This document shows, piece after piece, positions 8,754-15,716 of a stretch of DNA of 37,482 bases. Made by a program: the position numbers and the translations under genes. The DNA comes from a virus (taxonomy: Duplodnaviria; Caudoviricetes). How positions within the stretch are numbered: the first letter of the stretch is position 1; each line of letters begins with the position of its first letter. The notes below the pieces were generated by a model that saw only the letters and a program-made list of their open reading frames with translations, did no database searches and was not told where the DNA came from. The stretch covers positions 1 through 37,482 of IMG/VR virus record IMGVR_UViG_3300031578_000158. The stretch is one strand, 5' to 3'.

Positions 8754-8787
8754 GGAGGGTGGTAGCGGGGGGATAATAAAAACACAT

Positions 8788-8844
8788 TAACTAAAGATAA
8801 CTAATAAATAAAGATAACTAAGATTAGTTAAATTAGTTAACTAA
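8788..8844. repeat. AT-rich cluster of TAACTAA/TTAGTTA heptamers (iteron- or operator-like)
   Basis: TAACTAA at 8788, 8798, 8815 and 8838; TTAGTTA at 8824 and 8833; perfect palindrome TTAGTTAACTAA at 8833-8844. Confidence 0.8.
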
Positions 8845-8859
8845 GGGGATACAAATTTC

Positions 8860-8979
8860 GTGCCAATTTCAATATTTGAATACGAACAGAATATATACAA
8901 TGCTGGTGTCCGTGGATGGTGGATTGGATTCTCTGTTGGTATTATCACAGGATTATTGCTCTCTGTTGTTCTTATGTGA
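8860..8979 (+). CDS. Small membrane peptide (39 aa)
   Basis: GTG start after AAGGGG; MPISIFEYEQNIYNAGVRGWWIGFSVGIITGLLLSVVLM has one hydrophobic helix. Confidence 0.45.
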   Translation: MPISIFEYEQNIYNAGVRGWWIGFSVGIITGLLLSVVLM

Positions 8980-9026
8980 CACCTTATGTGACACCACTTG
9001 ACAAGATAAGATCCAGGTGGTAGGAT
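8971..9026 (+). promoter_or_regulatory. Strong sigma70-type promoter with upstream 12-bp tandem repeat
   Basis: CTTATGTGACAC x2 (8971-8994), then TTGACA (8998)-17 bp-TAGGAT (9021) with TGn extended -10. Confidence 0.75.
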
Positions 9027-9055
9027 TCATTCAGTGATTAGCGAGGTATTTGAAA

Positions 9056-9254
9056 AACAAAGTTGCGGTTGTCACGGCAAGGTTTTTGGGTATAACCTAC
9101 TGTGAGGGAAGAGTTCCCGTGTGTGTGTGGTTTCTCCTTCCGTTGTTGGTCATGGTGTTTCCTTCGTCGCTTCTCTCCTCGCTCTTTCTGTTTCTCTCAC
9201 GAATGAACTCACAAAAACCCAACTCTTTTAGCCTAATGACTGCACGAAGTTGTT
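9056..9254 (+). ncRNA. Putative rod-shaped sRNA with anti-RBS loop
   Basis: Nested stems 9056-60/9250-54, 9064-71/9237-44, 9076-78/9231-33, 9081-88/9212-19 and 9102-10/9192-9200; G-U pairs favour the + strand; 9113-9198 contains a single A. Confidence 0.65.
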
Positions 9255-9257
9255 ATA

Positions 9258-9324
9258 TTTCATCCGTCAAAATCCTTGTCCCAAAGGGTCGTGCCCCGCT
9301 ATACGGCTCGGAATCAGGATGAAA
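9258..9324 (+). ncRNA. Unassigned multibranch RNA element
   Basis: Closing stem TTTCATCC/GGATGAAA enclosing hairpins CCTT..AAGG and GTCGTG..TACGGC. Confidence 0.45.
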
Positions 9325-9326
9325 CA

Positions 9327-9398
9327 CGGGGGTTCGTCTAATGGTAAGACCGTGGGAAACAACCCATGTTGCAGGTTCGAGTCCTGCACCCCAGACCA
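9327..9398 (+). tRNA. tRNA-like element with non-canonical anticodon loop
   Basis: Acceptor 6/7 bp plus A-CCA; D-arm GTCT-AATGGTA-AGAC; T-arm GCAGG-TTCGAGT-CCTGC; anticodon stem GTGGG/CCCAT closes a 6-nt AAACAA loop. Confidence 0.8.
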
Positions 9399-9403
9399 TT
9401 GCC

Positions 9404-9618
9404 CTCATGGATTATTCGGTGTGTAAACCATGAGTATTTCACATTCAAGTAAGATCTTGCAGGGTCGAGCCTCTGGGTGTGGTGTCGGTCAGCACCGGCC
9501 CAATCTTTTTAGTGGCTGCAATCACAATGATAGAAGGTTGGGCATTGTAGGGTAGTGTGGAGGGGGGTCCAGTAAATGAGACTGGATCACGCCAGGGGCG
9601 AGGATTGGGCCGCCTGGT
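9404..9618 (+). ncRNA. Series of structured elements between the two tRNA-like units
   Basis: Hairpin 9404-10/9428-34; junction 9451-9507 ending in a T-run; stems 9516-22/9544-50, 9566-73/9581-88 and 9591-96/9613-18. Confidence 0.5.
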
Positions 9619-9621
9619 TGA

Positions 9622-9687
9622 CCCCTGTAGCTCAGTCGGGAGAGCCGTCAGTTCTGGGTCGGAGGTTCGAGTCCTCCCAGGGGGCCA
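9622..9687 (+). tRNA. tRNA-like element with truncated anticodon arm
   Basis: CCCCTG/CAGGGG acceptor plus G-CCA; TA-GCTC-AGTCGGGA-GAGC D-arm; GGAGG-TTCGAGT-CCTCC T-arm; only 15 nt between D and T arms (about 22-23 in a normal tRNA). Confidence 0.8.
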
Positions 9688-9689
9688 TT

Positions 9690-9875
9690 ATGAATATAAA
9701 ACAAGAACTCAGAAGAGTAGTTGAAAGAATGTTGAATACCCCCAGTTGGGAATCAGATGATTTCAATACTGGGTGGGTTGCGGCTTGTGAAGAATTACTC
9801 ATAGCTATGGACGGCGAAGGGGATTTTGTAGACATTAATCAGATGATCGCAGACAAAGAAAGCGATGGCGTATGA
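9690..9875 (+). CDS. Hypothetical protein (61 aa)
   Basis: ATG 9690, 2 nt after the CCA; MNIKQELRRVV...GWVAACEELL. Confidence 0.6.
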   Translation: MNIKQELRRVVERMLNTPSWESDDFNTGWVAACEELLIAMDGEGDFVDINQMIADKESDGV

Positions 9876-9961
9876 TTCTTGCGTTAATCGCAATCGCTGA
9901 TGTATACGTGATTGTATGGATGGTCCACGAGTTGAGATATTGTTGGAGGGGGAATGACTAA
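9872..9961 (+). CDS. Small hydrophobic peptide (29 aa)
   Basis: ATGA overlap with the upstream gene; MILALIAIADVYVIVWMVHEL... Confidence 0.4.
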   Translation: MILALIAIADVYVIVWMVHELRYCWRGND

Positions 9962-10133
9962 CTTTATTATTGGCCTTGTGGTTCTGGCCGTGTGGGGCCC
10001 GTTCTGTCACTATTTCGTCTTTGATTGGGGCCACAAGAAACGGAGTATGAAGTATGATTGGTATTCCGAAGATGAAGATAGTCAACATGTATTCTGTGGG
10101 GGAGACAAAGTACCTGATCATAAGATGCCCTAA
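9954..10133 (+). CDS. Small membrane protein (59 aa)
   Basis: GGAGG SD; MTNFIIGLVVLAVWGPF... Confidence 0.45.
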   Translation: MTNFIIGLVVLAVWGPFCHYFVFDWGHKKRSMKYDWYSEDEDSQHVFCGGDKVPDHKMP

Positions 10134-10332
10134 GTGTGGCATGAGGTTTGGACACCCCGAGAACAGATTTAGTGTTGAATGCCCCAGGGTGGGTTGCATA
10201 AATGTTGATGGCCTGGTAAACATCAGAGATCGTTTTAGGGTTGCTGATCTTGAATCTACATGCAGAACGATAATTGGTTCTTCAAACTTCGCTAATAAAT
10301 GGAGTCAGATAAAATGGACACCGCAGGGCTAG
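10054..10332 (+). CDS. Zinc-ribbon protein
   Basis: IRCPKCG...VECPRVGC; start codon uncertain. Confidence 0.55.
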   Translation: MIGIPKMKIVNMYSVGETKYLIIRCPKCGMRFGHPENRFSVECPRVGCINVDGLVNIRDRFRVADLESTCRTIIGSSNFANKWSQIKWTPQG

Positions 10333-10703
10333 CCGTTGAGATGATGGAGTCAGGTAAATTTGATAGACCTGAGATTTATGTTGCCAAGTTCCAGGCAGCC
10401 ATTGATACAATCCAGCAACAGACCGCTAAGGCTGTAGCCAATAAGTACAATGGTCAGGTCATGGCATTAGATGAGAAGATCAAGAAACTTTGTGTGGCCT
10501 CTAAGAATGTGTGCATTCATTATATCAATGATGGCACCCGCAATGATGATGCTGGGTATAACGATGGTGGATGTTCTGGCCCTTGTGTGAGTTTTGGCTC
10601 TGACACTCAGTTGCAGGAATTTGAAGACAAGATTGAGAAGATCGTAGGCGTGCTGGAACAGGAGTTTGGCATCACATTTCCTGAGATTTACGCCGGGGAT
10701 TAA
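10314..10703 (+). CDS. Hypothetical protein
   Basis: GGAG SD before ATG 10314; within the + strand operon. Confidence 0.6.
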   Translation: MDTAGLAVEMMESGKFDRPEIYVAKFQAAIDTIQQQTAKAVANKYNGQVMALDEKIKKLCVASKNVCIHYINDGTRNDDAGYNDGGCSGPCVSFGSDTQLQEFEDKIEKIVGVLEQEFGITFPEIYAGD

Positions 10704-10721
10704 TTTTGTTATACTGCCCAT

Positions 10722-10925
10722 ATGGGTGCAATTACTTTCTTCCTCTATTTGAACATTTTTGCTATGGTCTTCGGTCTTGGCTGTGGCCTGTTGGAGTTCA
10801 AACAAAGGTTGGCCTATCGTGAGGATAACGCATTTATAAAGTCACTTGGGCTGTCATGTGCATACATGATGTCGTCAATGGTCATTATCAATGCAATCAG
10901 AATTGTTATAGCGTTGATGTTTTAG
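10722..10925 (+). CDS. Small two-TM membrane protein
   Basis: Two hydrophobic stretches in 67 aa. Confidence 0.55.
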   Translation: MGAITFFLYLNIFAMVFGLGCGLLEFKQRLAYREDNAFIKSLGLSCAYMMSSMVIINAIRIVIALMF

Positions 10926-10926
10926 T

Positions 10927-11670
10927 ATGAAACGCTCTACTGTATTATTCCTGGCAAAGAACAGGTTTGCATTTACACAGGCATCTCTGCTATCCGTGCT
11001 GAGATACACCAATCCAGAATTGACAGAGAGAGTTGTCTTGGTCGATGGTGGATCCGAAGATGGGACAAAGGAATTCTTGCGTGATATTTGTACTATATAT
11101 GACGGGCCACACATCCTTGAGTTTGTCGCGGGTCAGGTCGGGCATGTCTGCGATTGTTTCAAATACGTTGTCCCTAGTTGTGGCACCGATTTCCTGGCTA
11201 AGATTGACAACGATGTCGTTGTGCCACCTTATTGGATGGATCATTGTGTTGAGATTCTCGATGGCAATCCAAAGATTTCATTTCTTGGGACTGTTGCTAG
11301 GGACTCCAAGCCGTTTGATGCCTCAGATGAGGCAGAGAGGTCTACTATTGGGGTCAAGAATATTGGAGGAGTTGGATTATTCAGAACCAAACCATTTAAG
11401 AGGACCATGCCGAAGGGAGCAAACAAATACTTTGGGTTCCAGGGGTTCCAGTCTCAATCAGGTGGCGGGTGCGCATGGGTCCACCCAAACATGAGGTGCT
11501 TTTTGCTGGACAAGGTTCCTGTTGAGCCATGGAGGGGGCTGACTAAGAATTACATTAGCAAGGGGTATCAACGGAGTTGGCAGCCATACAAGAAGGATCC
11601 CGATTTTTGGTCATGGTTCCTTGATGATAATTTTGTTGATGATTATATCTCAGAAGAGGCAATGGAATAA
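10927..11670 (+). CDS. Glycosyltransferase family 2
   Basis: VVLVDGGSEDGT and FLAKIDNDVVV (DxD) motifs. Confidence 0.88.
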   Translation: MKRSTVLFLAKNRFAFTQASLLSVLRYTNPELTERVVLVDGGSEDGTKEFLRDICTIYDGPHILEFVAGQVGHVCDCFKYVVPSCGTDFLAKIDNDVVVPPYWMDHCVEILDGNPKISFLGTVARDSKPFDASDEAERSTIGVKNIGGVGLFRTKPFKRTMPKGANKYFGFQGFQSQSGGGCAWVHPNMRCFLLDKVPVEPWRGLTKNYISKGYQRSWQPYKKDPDFWSWFLDDNFVDDYISEEAME

Positions 11671-12188
11671 TGAGCAAAATCCAAGTGGCAGATGAGCCTT
11701 GGTGGACTCCCGGGGCTATTAAGCTGATTGAGGATCATTTGTGTAATGTTCCCGATCCTGGCGCTGACATCCTTGAGTTTGGTTGTGGCGGTTCTACGGT
11801 TTGGCTCTCTCGTCTTTGTGCGTCGTTGATCTCTGTAGACCACAACCAAGAGTGGGTGGATGCAGTCAACCAAAAGATCGGAGACCTTGAGCCACTGATT
11901 GATGTGTACAAGAGAGATAGGCCGTATCACACGGTGTGCGACAAGATGAAGGGTGATTTTGATCTGGTCTGCGTGGACGGGAGAGACCGGATACAATGTG
12001 TTCAAGCGTCTAAGGCGCTGGTTCGGCCTGGTGGGATTCTTCTCTTGGACAACTCAGAACGAGAGAAGTACAAGCCTATTTTCAGTATGTTAAAAACATG
12101 GCATAGAATTGAAACTAGCTGGAATTACTTCCATCATCTCAAACAGAAAAGGATTGGATGGTCAACAACAATGTGGATGAAACCATGA
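11670..12188 (+). CDS. Class I SAM-dependent (O-)methyltransferase
   Basis: ILEFGCGGST, ISVDH, FDLVCVDG and RPGGILLLDN motifs. Confidence 0.88.
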   Translation: MSKIQVADEPWWTPGAIKLIEDHLCNVPDPGADILEFGCGGSTVWLSRLCASLISVDHNQEWVDAVNQKIGDLEPLIDVYKRDRPYHTVCDKMKGDFDLVCVDGRDRIQCVQASKALVRPGGILLLDNSEREKYKPIFSMLKTWHRIETSWNYFHHLKQKRIGWSTTMWMKP

Positions 12189-12892
12189 ATATTGTACCAG
12201 GCGAGGAAATTCGTGAGGTGGATGTTTACGGAAAGACATTCACTGTCTTGGCTAAAAATAAGTGGTTCTGGGATCGTGTAGAGAAACGAGTATGGGAACC
12301 AGAGACGTTCAAGATTCTCGACCAGTATCTTACCAGAGAGGTTTACTATCTTGATGTTGGTGCCTGGATTGGTCCCACTGCCATGTTCGCGGCAACATTG
12401 GCCGGTCATGTTTGTTGTGTTGAACCTGATCCGGTAGCAAGGGCAATCCTGACTAAGAACATGTATATGAACGGGCGCCGTCATAAATTTGATTATGACA
12501 TCATCCATGGGGCCATTTGCCCTAATAGAGCAACTGTAGTGGTCAAAGCCAGGGGTGCTCTTGGCAACAGTATGACTTCGATATATGGATCTGGCGAAGG
12601 CAGAGTAGTCGATGCATACACAATCCAAAGATTAGGCACCGGACCCGACAATCTATTTGTTAAGATGGACACAGAGGGGGCAGAAGCAGAGATTATCCCC
12701 GGGGAAATTCAGTTTCTTTGTGACAATAAAGTTACCGTATACTTGTCTCTGCACTGGGACGTGATCCCCGCTGCCAAGCACAAAGGGCTGATTGAGGCCA
12801 TGTACAAGATGCGAGTGGAGGATGTTCACGGAAACAATATCCCTGTGAAAGATATCTTGAATTATCGAACCGTAATGCTACTTCCTGGTTGA
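12185..12892 (+). CDS. FkbM-family methyltransferase
   Basis: WEPET, LDVGAWIG, VEP and VKMDTEGAE motifs; start at 12185 by ATGA overlap. Confidence 0.9.
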   Translation: MNIVPGEEIREVDVYGKTFTVLAKNKWFWDRVEKRVWEPETFKILDQYLTREVYYLDVGAWIGPTAMFAATLAGHVCCVEPDPVARAILTKNMYMNGRRHKFDYDIIHGAICPNRATVVVKARGALGNSMTSIYGSGEGRVVDAYTIQRLGTGPDNLFVKMDTEGAEAEIIPGEIQFLCDNKVTVYLSLHWDVIPAAKHKGLIEAMYKMRVEDVHGNNIPVKDILNYRTVMLLPG

Positions 12893-12924
12893 CAAATAAT
12901 TACGTTCTGTGATAGGAGTACACC

Positions 12925-13062
12925 ATGAACATAAAGACCCCCAAGAGGTATTTCATTAACATTGACGGTGATCTTGTCCAGGTCCCGCGCTCTGAATACT
13001 ACCTTAGTCTGTTGAGCTTCAAGAAGAAGAAACGTAAGAAGAACAACAAGGAGGACCAATAA
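12925..13062 (+). CDS. Small basic protein (45 aa)
   Basis: AGGAG SD; MNIKTPKRYFINIDGDLVQVPRSEYYLSLLSFKKKKRKKNNKEDQ; below track cutoff. Confidence 0.6.
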   Translation: MNIKTPKRYFINIDGDLVQVPRSEYYLSLLSFKKKKRKKNNKEDQ

Positions 13063-13063
13063 C

Positions 13064-13771
13064 TTGGCTACCTACCACACTATGATTCAGGTCATGAAAA
13101 CTCTTGAGCTTTTTGGTAAGTGTCAGATTATTGAGCCTGGTGTAATCGAGGTTCGCGACATTGACAGAATTGCAATTGTACCAAAATACAGATTGGCTAT
13201 TGGCGAGATCGAGGAATGCGCACCACATTTGCTTGGTGACACGATTAATGGAGCGCACGAGGAAGACCCAACCCAACTTCTTTCGGATCTTGCGCAGAAC
13301 AACAAGAACTTTATTGAGAATACCAAACCATTTTCTCACGCTATTTCCATGTCCCTCCTGTGGGTGCTGTGGTTCTATGATCATCTCACGATGGACAACA
13401 GACAATACGGATCCACACCTGTTGTCTATTCTAGGCCAAGATGGACAAAGATAGCCCACGATCATGAAGATTCAGATGTACTGACTCCGACCGATGTTTA
13501 CGATTCTGATTGTGGGTTGGATATATCTGATACGAAAAATCTTCCAATCTATGCATCGCACAGGGATATATTAACCCTGTCTTGTGCAAACTTGGCACAC
13601 CTCAAGGTTCAAAGAAATGAAGAGGGTTTAAGTGGAACAACCAGTCTTGATGAAATGTTTGCGTATGGATTTTGTCTTGCAAACAACATGGATGCGATAT
13701 TAGAGTGTAGAGAAATTGTCTGTCACACAGATGGACTGGATATTGTTTTTAGGGGAACTGTATTTCATTAA
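13064..13771 (+). CDS. Hypothetical protein
   Basis: 235 aa; AGGAGG SD, TTG start. Confidence 0.65.
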   Translation: MATYHTMIQVMKTLELFGKCQIIEPGVIEVRDIDRIAIVPKYRLAIGEIEECAPHLLGDTINGAHEEDPTQLLSDLAQNNKNFIENTKPFSHAISMSLLWVLWFYDHLTMDNRQYGSTPVVYSRPRWTKIAHDHEDSDVLTPTDVYDSDCGLDISDTKNLPIYASHRDILTLSCANLAHLKVQRNEEGLSGTTSLDEMFAYGFCLANNMDAILECREIVCHTDGLDIVFRGTVFH

Positions 13772-13785
13772 ACAAGAGAGGGAGT

Positions 13786-14334
13786 ATGAGCGGAAATTAT
13801 CACGATCCAGTCAATCATCCGTCACATTACTGTGATCATCCATCTGGTGTGGAGTGTATTGAGATTACCGAACACATGAGCTTTAATCTAGGAAACGCAG
13901 TTAAGTACCTATGGAGGGCGGGGAACAAAGATCCTGGCAAGAAAGAACAGGATCTCAAGAAGGCCATGTGGTATATTGATCGCGAGATCGGTAGAGAAGG
14001 AACCGTGAACGACCTAGCAATTGATATTGAAACAGTCATGGAGATGTTCCCTAGCATTGTCGAAGATATTGATGAGTGTGATGTTCCACCTGAATGGCTC
14101 GATCCAGACGCTGGGAAGATTAAACCATCAAGTTACACACAGGTGTCGATGGTCAAAGACCCACCGAATGATTGTAAAAAGAAAGATACTGATGTCCCGG
14201 TAACGTGTTTGTATGACGACTATATCCCGACTAGTGAGACTGTTGGATCAACCACCAAGAAATATAATCAGATGAGAGCATCTGATCTTTTACCCAGCCA
14301 GGCACGTAAAAACGTGACACTTGCAGGAGCCTAA
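13786..14334 (+). CDS. DUF3310 domain protein with C-terminal extension
   Basis: DPVNHPSHY...ECIEI...FNLGNAVKYLWRAG.K...DLKKAMWYI signature. Confidence 0.9.
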   Translation: MSGNYHDPVNHPSHYCDHPSGVECIEITEHMSFNLGNAVKYLWRAGNKDPGKKEQDLKKAMWYIDREIGREGTVNDLAIDIETVMEMFPSIVEDIDECDVPPEWLDPDAGKIKPSSYTQVSMVKDPPNDCKKKDTDVPVTCLYDDYIPTSETVGSTTKKYNQMRASDLLPSQARKNVTLAGA

Positions 14335-15715
14335 TTTGAATTATTCTAGACTAGACAATGTTGTACGGTTGTTTGTCCATTACCTTAATAGATTCCCTAA
14401 TAAGTTTGCTATTGAGAATTACGTCTACAAGACAGACAAGTCAATTGGACAGATCGAGCAAGAAATCAAGAACTCCTCAGAGAGGAAGGAGATCATCAAG
14501 GGCTGGTATGTTGAATTTCTTGGAAGGAACAACAAGCCAACCGACAAGGGGATTTATTCACACATACAATCCGGTGCTTCTTATTCGGAACACAAGATAA
14601 GTTTTATTAATGCGGCGGAAAGAAGCAAAAGGATAGTGATTCCGGCACTCAATGATTTGTTTGATGCATATGATTATAGCAACGATCTTGTGCTAGCGTG
14701 TACTTCTTCGGAGATCGATGCCGCTGAACTTAGGCAGGGCATCGACTCTGTAACCAAGATTGTTGACGATACTAACGCGGGCGCACCAACCCTGCCTCCC
14801 ACTCCGAGTCCAGACAGTCCAATGAAATTGGGGATTCGCGGTGAAGGGATCCTGAATGGTACAGATTTGATTAATGGACTCCTGGTTGGGATCGGGCATT
14901 ATACATTTTTGTCCAATCCACAGAATCACGTTAAGTCCGTTAATGATATTGCTAGTTATGGATTCAATCTATTGAGGGTGTTTTCTAGCCTCCCAAGGAA
15001 CCCCGAATATTTACCCGGGGCTTGGTGGATTTCTCCATGGGAAGATCCAGATAGATATTTTAGGATTCTCAATGAGACACTATCAGAGTGCAAGAAAAAC
15101 AGGATTCGACTCCTGTACTGTTTCTTTGATGAAGTTACCAGGACAGATAATGTGAACTTTGACAGGGCCGAAAATACATGGAACGGCAACTCACCATCAA
15201 GATCGGAAGCGGTGTCAATTATTGATTATCTTGCTGAATCTTTCCCGGCATCTAATGCAGATGCTTTTTTGCCGGAACTGATGAACGAGCCCCCAGGAGA
15301 TATGAATACTTGGGACTCTAGTTGGAATTCGTTTCTTGTGAATCATTTGTCCAAGGTTACAAGCAACCCAGTTAGTATTGATTACGAAAACCCAGGAGTG
15401 GGAACGGTTCTATGGGAGCACGTCCATCCCGGGTATCATAGTAATGGCGGGCTTACCAGAAACGGCACCAAAGATGTTCTTGATACGCTGAATCGTTGGA
15501 GATATCGCTATGCAGAACGCAATTCAGCAGTCCATGTTGGCATCAGCACAGATGGCGTACGAGAAGATCGCATATGGGACACAGAAGAGTTCGCCAGGAT
15601 GATTACTGGTGAAGGGTTTTCTTGTGAATTGATGATGTCATATCGAGCACCAGAGCGATGGAACGATAACGACAAGAGGATTGTTGAGAGATTTGCAAGG
15701 GGGGCGGGACTCTAA
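14321..15715 (+). CDS. Two-domain protein: DUF4214-like region, Pro-rich linker, clan GH-A-like glycoside hydrolase barrel
   Basis: WYVEFLGR..PTDKG; PTLPPTPSPDSP linker; GFNLLRVF, LLYCFFD and ELMNEP. Confidence 0.55.
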   Translation: MQEPNLNYSRLDNVVRLFVHYLNRFPNKFAIENYVYKTDKSIGQIEQEIKNSSERKEIIKGWYVEFLGRNNKPTDKGIYSHIQSGASYSEHKISFINAAERSKRIVIPALNDLFDAYDYSNDLVLACTSSEIDAAELRQGIDSVTKIVDDTNAGAPTLPPTPSPDSPMKLGIRGEGILNGTDLINGLLVGIGHYTFLSNPQNHVKSVNDIASYGFNLLRVFSSLPRNPEYLPGAWWISPWEDPDRYFRILNETLSECKKNRIRLLYCFFDEVTRTDNVNFDRAENTWNGNSPSRSEAVSIIDYLAESFPASNADAFLPELMNEPPGDMNTWDSSWNSFLVNHLSKVTSNPVSIDYENPGVGTVLWEHVHPGYHSNGGLTRNGTKDVLDTLNRWRYRYAERNSAVHVGISTDGVREDRIWDTEEFARMITGEGFSCELMMSYRAPERWNDNDKRIVERFARGAGL

Positions 15716-15716
15716 G

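Noticed and set aside
8788-8994. Possible CRISPR array
   Set aside because: The repeats are 7-12 bp with no unique spacers of regular length, and no cas genes are present.
9113-9198. Diversity-generating retroelement template/variable repeat as the cause of the A depletion
   Set aside because: No reverse transcriptase and no long second copy differing only at adenines is present in the window.
9097-9200. Minus-strand reading as a CsrA/RsmA sponge (several GGA motifs) or an 18-aa ORF with strong SD
   Set aside because: The G-U pairs become A-C mismatches on the minus strand, the GGA motifs are not in hairpin loops, and the clear promoter is on the + strand.
9050-9322. 90-aa hydrophobic ORF in the track
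   Set aside because: The hydrophobicity follows from the U/C-rich RNA loop, it has a TTG start with a very short SD spacing, and it overlaps extensive nested stems. An ncRNA is more likely, though dual function is not excluded.
9327-9687. Assigning amino-acid identities to the two tRNA-like elements
   Set aside because: Neither has a 7-nt anticodon loop, so no isotype can be supported.
9576-9689. N-terminal extension of the 9576-9875 ORF
   Set aside because: It runs through the tRNA-like element; ATG 9690 is the more plausible start.
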